From Obrimoposthia wandeli (Eukaryota), in the NCBI GenBank assembly GCA_977020255.1, contig CDROCS010005394.1, positions 1 through 64,000 of the forward strand: a stretch of DNA of 64,000 nt, read 5' to 3'. This document shows, piece by piece, positions 57,567 through 64,000 of this stretch (its first letter is position 1; every line of letters begins with the position of its first letter). The notes below the pieces were generated by a model. The model was given only the letters and a program-made list of their open reading frames with translations, was not told the DNA's origin and searched no databases. A program made the position numbers and the translations under genes.

Positions 57567-58125
57567 TCAAACTCATCAGAAACTCCGATGAGAAACCACT
57601 ATATTTTATATAACTTAACACTAAAGTATGAATTTTTATTGATATCAGTCTCATTAAGGATCAAAAAACCAAACCAAAACCACAGTAAGAGACTGATAAA
57701 TAAAGTATTCACCTAGTCTAAAATGAAATTAAACTTAATACCCACCCCACCTAAATTCAACGATTACAAAAGTTAGAATTAACCACCCAAATAAAGCATT
57801 ATTTTGAACGACTAGCTTCAATACTTGTTAATGGAATGTAACTAAGTAAACTCTGAGCTTGTAAAAATTCGACGTACTGATGATTTATACGAATTGAGTA
57901 TTTACTCTCGTCGTTGAATATTTGTTAACAGGATTAACAATCAAATTAAACCAACAACTCGTCACATAATACTGACGGCGTGTTGTATAACTTGCCTATT
58001 TTCCAGTTACGTTAACGGCACATCATTGACATTCATTTCGATTTCGATGATATTACTACTACAAAAGTGATACACGGTCATTTTAATTAACAAAAATTAA
58101 ACATAGCTTAATTAAGGATAATGGA

Positions 58126-60126
58126 ATGAAATACTTAGTTACCGGTGGTACAGGATTTATTGGTCGTTTCTTAATTGAACGTTTAGTAGAAAGAGAAGAT
58201 GCGCAAGTGTATGTATTAACTCGCCCAGGCTCAGAACACAAATTCAATGCATTACAGGATCGAGTGCATAAGAGTGTTAAAAGTCGTATCAAAATGGTTA
58301 CAGGTGATATCACTAAAGAGGGGTATTGATGAACAGTGGTTAGCGAAAATATGACACATACTGACCAAATTGATAATGTTTACCACCTTGCAGCCATCTA
58401 CGATATGAAAGCAGATGCTGAATCACAAGAAACAGCAAACGTTGTTGGTACTCGTAACGCTGTTGAAGCATCTGTTAGCATTAAAGCGAAAAGCTTCCAC
58501 CACGTAAGCTCTATCGCTGCCGCTGGTTTATTCAACGGTACTTTTTACGAGGACATGTTTGAAGAAGCTGAAAATATGGACAACCCATATCTTCGCACCA
58601 AGCATATTTCAGAAAAAGTAGTACGTGATGAATGTTCTATTCCTTTCCGTATTTACCGTCCAGGTATGGTTGTTGGTCATTCTAAAACCGGTGAAATCGA
58701 CAAAGTTGATGGTCCTTACTACTTCTTCAAATTGTTGAAAAAAATCCGTGAAACAATTCCAACATGGATGCCTATGATCGGTGTTGAAGGCCGTCGCCTT
58801 AATATCGTACCGGTTGATTATGTTGCTGACGCCATTGATTACATCAGTCACAAAGAAGATGTTCATAGCAACTGCTTCCACCTTGTAGATCCAAAACCAT
58901 TCAAGGTTGGTGAAGTACTTAATATCTTCGCAACAGCTGGTAACGCACCAAAAACGGCATTCCGTATTGATTCTCGTATTGCCAACTTCTTACCAGCATC
59001 AGTACGCCAAGCGGTTGCACACTTACCTGCAGTGAAACAGCTTACTGAAGGGGTATTAGGTGACCTTGGCATTCCAAAAGATGTATTAAACTTCCTTAAC
59101 TATCCTACTAGCTTCGATGACCGTGAAACAGCACGTGCATTAGAAGGCTCTAACATCAAAGTACCTCGTTTAGATGCATACGCACCAGCGGTATGGGATT
59201 ATTGGGAACGTAACCTAAATGATGACCTAATCAATGACATGACTTTAAAAGGTAATGTTAGTGGTAAAACAATCGTCATCACAGGTGCAAGTTCTGGTAT
59301 TGGTGAAGCAACGGCATTAAAACTGGCACCAACAGGCGCTAAATTAATCCTTGTAGCACGTGATGTAACAAAACTAGAAGCAACACAGGCTCAAATCAAG
59401 GAGCTTGGTGGCGAAGCACACATCTATTCATGTGACATTTCCAACATGGAATCATGTGATGAGTTAGTAAAGAATGTACTTGCAGAGCATAACTTTGTTG
59501 ATATATTAATCAACAATGCGGGTCGTTCAATCCGTCGTTCAATTGATTTATCATTTGACCGCTTCCACGATTACGAAAGAACGATGCAGTTAAACTACTT
59601 TGGTGCGGTTCGTTTAATCATGGGCTTCTCACCAAGCATGTTAGAGAATAAAAAAGGCCACGTTATCAACATCTCTTCAATTGGTGTGTTAACGAATTCG
59701 CCGCGTTTCTCTGCATACGTAGCGTCTAAAGCTGCACTTGATGCATTCACTCGCTGTGCCGCATCAGAGTTCTCTGACCGTAACGTCAACATGACGACGA
59801 TTAATATGCCGCTTGTGCGTACTCCTATGATTGGTCCTACGAAAGTGTACGACAATGTACCAACACTCGCACCGTCAGAAGCAGCCGATTTAATTGTTCA
59901 GGCAATTATTCGTAAGCCAAAACGTATTGCGACAAAAGTCGGTATCATGTCAGAAGTACTGTACTCACTATTCCCTAAAGTAAGCGAAATTATCATGAAC
60001 ACGGGCTACCGTATGTTTAATGATTCAGCAGCGGCTAAAGGTAAACTAGAAGATAAAGATGAACCGACACAAGCAAGCACTGAACAAGTTGCATTTGCAG
60101 CTATCATGCGCGGTGTGCATTGGTAA
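58126..60126 (+). pseudogene. Two-domain fatty acyl-CoA reductase (Marinobacter Maqu_2507-like), interrupted near codon 66-75
   Basis: TGGTGFIG, HLAAIYD, YLRTK, DKVDGPYY, TGASSGIG, NNAG, YVASK and C-terminal EQVAFAAIMRGVHW. The two ORFs share a frame and are separated by TGA TGA at 58327-58332. Confidence 0.8.
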
Positions 60127-60164
60127 TCTAACCGTTCACAGATAATCTCCAATTTGATAATATT

Positions 60165-60204
60165 AAGGGACCATACTATATACTCTAGTGTGGTCCCTTT
60201 TTTT
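60165..60204 (+). terminator. Intrinsic terminator
   Basis: AAGGGACCATACTA-loop-TAGTGTGGTCCCTT followed by a T-run. Confidence 0.8.
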
Positions 60205-60319
60205 GATCTTAATAACAAACCTTATCCAGATCTCAATAACCTAACAACGCAATAAATTCATCAATACATCTCGTCTTATCATGTTAATCTATTGTTTTCT
60301 TTAACAAGGATGTATAAGA

Positions 60320-60760
60320 ATGAAAAAATCTGTCGGTTTTACCCTCATCGAATTAATGATCACTATTTCTATCTTCGCGATACTCGTTGGTATTGGCGTA
60401 CCCATTTACCAAAACATGGTACAACAAAGCCGTATTGATGACGCAACCACACTGATTAATAGCAGCCTTAGCTATGCGAAAAATACCGCGATGGCCCACA
60501 ATCGAACGTTGTATATGAGATCTGCTGGAAGTGTTCTTACATTAACAACATCAGACGCTTATATCATCAACAAAACAACGATAGCGACTGACAGTAATTC
60601 AAGCTTATCTTTTATCGCTCTTGGCGCACAAAGAATAGCATTTCGAGCGAATGGTACTATCGAAAAAGGCAATACCATTCGTTATTGCACTGGTGATTCA
60701 GGTATTGAAATAGCGGTTGGGATTAATGGTAAGTCAGTGAGCACAACAGTTAATTGCTAA
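60320..60760 (+). CDS. FimT/GspH-like prepilin
   Basis: Type IV prepilin cleavage motif G/FTLIELM, hydrophobic helix, C-terminal Cys pair. Confidence 0.85.
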   Translation: MKKSVGFTLIELMITISIFAILVGIGVPIYQNMVQQSRIDDATTLINSSLSYAKNTAMAHNRTLYMRSAGSVLTLTTSDAYIINKTTIATDSNSSLSFIALGAQRIAFRANGTIEKGNTIRYCTGDSGIEIAVGINGKSVSTTVNC

Positions 60761-60966
60761 GAATTAATGATTCAAGCCTAAAGTTTTTTGTCTTTGAAAA
60801 CGTTGTTATATTACACCCTTTTTATAAAGAATCATCAGTTCATACAATAGATAATATATTTCCCATATGATTATATCCCTAGTTATATTTATTATATTGG
60901 CATATAGCATAAGGTATCTGATAACATTGATAAGACGATTTACCTTCCTTAAAAATAATCTAGCTA

Positions 60967-61638
60967 ATGAATACTAAAGAACTGACCCCCTTAATACGAG
61001 GCGAGATACTGCTGAACCGTTTTATCTTACTTGAAAAATTAACACCCCACGTATTTGTGGCTCTCGATAATGAGTCAGGTAACAAGGTCGTAGTGAAGCA
61101 AACTCAAGAAGCGCAACGGCAAAGAGAATGGCACAGTATGATGGACTGCTCTTCACCCTATATCATTCAACCTCTTGCTTATTTTCCTAAATTACTAGTA
61201 TTACCATATATAAAAGGGAAGAGTTTATTAACATTTTCTGTAGCGCAATCCAGTTTGTTCATTGCCATCATTCCGCAACTTGTTCGAGCTATACATAGCG
61301 TCCATCAGGCAGGTTGGGTGCATGGTGATATTAAACCATCTAATGTTTTATATATATCTAAGTATCAGTTAATCACATTAATCGATTTTGGCGCCGCTCT
61401 ACCAGCAAATACACCATTATCGGCATTAGATGAGTGGCAATTAACACCTGGTTTTACGAGTGTTCTTAAGCAGCAAGGAATAGGAATAATAGAACCTAAA
61501 GATGATTGGTATGCTTTAAAGCAATGGTTGGAACAAATTGATCATGCTTCACTATCAAGCAGAGATAAACATCAGTATCTAAACTGGGCTCAGTGGCTTC
61601 GTTCTAAATGCAATGCAACGAAACAAGAAATAATATAA
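60967..61638 (+). CDS. Minimal Ser/Thr protein kinase (possibly T6SS-associated)
   Basis: VVVK, HGDIKPSN and LIDFG motifs; no TM helix and no Gly-rich loop. Confidence 0.7.
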   Translation: MNTKELTPLIRGEILLNRFILLEKLTPHVFVALDNESGNKVVVKQTQEAQRQREWHSMMDCSSPYIIQPLAYFPKLLVLPYIKGKSLLTFSVAQSSLFIAIIPQLVRAIHSVHQAGWVHGDIKPSNVLYISKYQLITLIDFGAALPANTPLSALDEWQLTPGFTSVLKQQGIGIIEPKDDWYALKQWLEQIDHASLSSRDKHQYLNWAQWLRSKCNATKQEII

Positions 61639-61693
61639 GACGCTTAACGTTAACATCCACATTAAGCATCTTAATTATTAACTCGAGCGTTTA

Positions 61694-64000
61694 CTAGAGT
61701 GTTGCTGGTAAGTAGAAACGACTGAATAACCCTTTAGTTAAAATTTCATTGCTGTCTTTTAGTGCATAGGATAAAACAACATCTTCATTATCAAGCTGGT
61801 AAACCAAGTGACGAATTCGACGATCACCTGTCGCACTTGACTTACCATCAAATAACATTCGAAATAACGCCCATTGACCAGTATAGGATTGATTGGCTAT
61901 ACGGTTTTCGCCTTTATAAAAGTTAACAGAAAGATAACCTTCTTTCCCCGTTGTCGGCCAAGCAATATTTTGCCACAATCGAGGACCATGTCGATACGAA
62001 AATAGACTTTCGGCGCCTCTGATATCAAACTTGGTTGTTGACGTGCTCATAGAGCTTGCTTTTACGCGTAGCTGTAGCGCCAGTTCTTGCCCTGTGGGGC
62101 CAAAAAACAATTGTCGAATGTCTTTTGCATGATTCAGTTTTTCCAGTGTTAGAGCGCTTAAAGGTAACTTTTCACCATCAAACTCAGCCAGTTTCAGCGA
62201 ACCATTACTCCAATAAGCAAATGGCTTAAGGGTATCAGATACAAACTTGTCCAATCGACCTTGCGGTTGAAACATACTAGCAAAGTCATCAATTGCAATC
62301 TCACCTCGCCCTTGCAAGGCAAATGGAAAGCGTCCTTCGATAGCTTGCTGATAAAATGAATAAACCTGTTCTTGCCATTGCTTATCCAGATAACCAGCAC
62401 CGCCACTAATAACACGTTTCCACGCCTGTCCATTAAGTGTTTTAATCCACTGAGCAACTTGGCCCGGCGCTTTGCTCGAGACACGACGGAAAGTAACTAA
62501 TGCATCTTGGCTACCCGCGGCGTGAGCTTTGGCATTCTCATATAACGCTTTTTCTGGTTCACTACTTGTCAAAGCACTATCAAAATAAGTATTTAAATTA
62601 TCTAATTCATCAAGCAATTCATCTATTGGTGCTCTCTTACCTTGATCAACCATAAACGATGCATAATGGCTAAACGCCTCATTTACTACATAAGAGGGTT
62701 GGAGACGAACTAACTTATCACCGGCAATACGGTTGATTTTATCGACTTTTTTCAGCACTTTGGCTGCTTTTTTTAGACCCAATTGTTTTGCTACTTTAGT
62801 ATTTCCTTTTGTATCAGCATCATTTTCCACTGCCAAAGTAGTATTAATAACAACGGCTTCAAGCACATCAATAAATGGACTATTGGCTGGTTCACGAGCA
62901 ACCTTTATCGCATAAGCCAAGTCTTCCATACTAACGTAGTCTTTAATTTCAATATTATTTATCAGCTCTTCCCATTGATAAACATAATCAGAATAGTAAA
63001 GCCGCTGTACTTTCTTACTTAATTCAGCCAGCTCTGCCACGGAAGCGCCAGTCATATCTCCTTGAATAGATTTGAATTCGTCGAGTTGCTTCTTTAATAA
63101 AGATGATTTTACTGACAAATCAATCTTTGCGTGTCCTTGCTTAGTATAAAGTTCAGGTAAGAGATAACCATGAAAACCCGGTTTAAAGCGGAATATTGAG
63201 GTAAATTTATCACCTAACTGTCGACGAATATCGACACGATTTCGATATTCTGGCAATGCTTTCAAACGCGCATAAATTAACCGTTCAGACGACAAACCCT
63301 CTAAATTTTGTACCGCGACTGAAATCAATTCGTCATTTGGTTTAAGCACATTACCATAATCACTGTCAAACAGGTCATCCATCAATAAACTTAGATTACT
63401 GAGACTATCGGCAGATATATCCCCTTGATCGTCCAAGGTATCGATCAGATAGTTGATCATTTCATTTTGTACTAAACGACGTGAATCAAATAACATCTGA
63501 TAATAACGCAGCAATTCAAATACCTTGCTTGGATTACCTAAATTAACGTAGACATATAATTCACTGCTGAGTAGATCAGCAAGCTGAGGTAATAGAAATA
63601 ATTGTAATTGCTGTTGATAAACCTGACTGATTTGCGCTGCCGTATCTTCTTGCTTAGTACTTACTTTTTGATACCAAGGTAACTGTTTCTTTCCTTCCTG
63701 ATCCACATTACGCAATTCATTCAATACAGTAACGAGTTCGGCAAGCCCCTTATTACCTTCTTGCAGACGATTGATATCATTACGATATAAACTCAATTCT
63801 GTTATTGCCTGACTTCGGAATGCTTCATCCAAATTCCAGTTATCACGTAGTTGCAAGCCAAATAATGTAATAAATCCAGCTAACCCCAAAACTAACAAAC
63901 TACGTCCAGCAATATAGCCATAATGACGCTGTTTATTAACCCCGACAATACTAGCTTCCGGTAACAACACATGACTTAAAATACGGTTCGAAAATAAACT
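61694..64000 (-). CDS. tssM: T6SS membrane complex subunit TssM/IcmF (5' part outside window)
   Basis: Frame stays open to the window edge (FSNRILSHVLLPEA). TM helix, YYSDYVYQW, IEGRFPF, YRHGP and GQWALFRM motifs. Confidence 0.88.
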   Translation of the reverse strand, partial: SLFSNRILSHVLLPEASIVGVNKQRHYGYIAGRSLLVLGLAGFITLFGLQLRDNWNLDEAFRSQAITELSLYRNDINRLQEGNKGLAELVTVLNELRNVDQEGKKQLPWYQKVSTKQEDTAAQISQVYQQQLQLFLLPQLADLLSSELYVYVNLGNPSKVFELLRYYQMLFDSRRLVQNEMINYLIDTLDDQGDISADSLSNLSLLMDDLFDSDYGNVLKPNDELISVAVQNLEGLSSERLIYARLKALPEYRNRVDIRRQLGDKFTSIFRFKPGFHGYLLPELYTKQGHAKIDLSVKSSLLKKQLDEFKSIQGDMTGASVAELAELSKKVQRLYYSDYVYQWEELINNIEIKDYVSMEDLAYAIKVAREPANSPFIDVLEAVVINTTLAVENDADTKGNTKVAKQLGLKKAAKVLKKVDKINRIAGDKLVRLQPSYVVNEAFSHYASFMVDQGKRAPIDELLDELDNLNTYFDSALTSSEPEKALYENAKAHAAGSQDALVTFRRVSSKAPGQVAQWIKTLNGQAWKRVISGGAGYLDKQWQEQVYSFYQQAIEGRFPFALQGRGEIAIDDFASMFQPQGRLDKFVSDTLKPFAYWSNGSLKLAEFDGEKLPLSALTLEKLNHAKDIRQLFFGPTGQELALQLRVKASSMSTSTTKFDIRGAESLFSYRHGPRLWQNIAWPTTGKEGYLSVNFYKGENRIANQSYTGQWALFRMLFDGKSSATGDRRIRHLVYQLDNEDVVLSYALKDSNEILTKGLFSRFYLPATL

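Noticed and set aside
58327-58332. Selenocysteine or stop read-through at TGA
   Set aside because: There are two consecutive TGAs, no SECIS-like hairpin, and the homologous residues lie in the +1 frame.
60897-60915. Sigma54 promoter (TTGGCA) upstream of the kinase
   Set aside because: There is no GC at the -12 position.

Overview
About 64 kb of AT-rich chromosome from a marine Gammaproteobacterium. Gene content and style resemble Moritella/Psychromonas/Vibrionales, which is an inference. The window holds about 58 CDS and one tRNA-Ser(TGA). I found no transposase, integrase, prophage or CRISPR array. It runs from a truncated scsB/dsbD-like gene to a truncated T6SS tssM. Recognisable modules: scsA-scsB; a Fur-boxed VctPDGC-type siderophore ABC transporter plus siderophore-interacting protein; an LRR-kinase; a heme-c sensor diguanylate cyclase; a sigma54/NtrC-type FNT channel plus PP2C-kinase operon; sbcDC; a POTRA-less Omp85 lipoprotein plus DUF1214-like lipoprotein; queC; DUF1800/DUF1501; a permease, acyl-CoA synthetase, Cache histidine kinase and OmpR regulator; a non-canonical TrpRS; TlpA-DUF4266-DUF3570-ApbE; nrdDG with FNR and tandem NrdR boxes; and a two-domain fatty acyl-CoA reductase broken by a local double frameshift. 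The best unannotated signal is a 19-aa Trp-Trp leader peptide, probably leaderless, in front of the TrpRS gene. All family calls come from motif recognition by eye, not from database searches.
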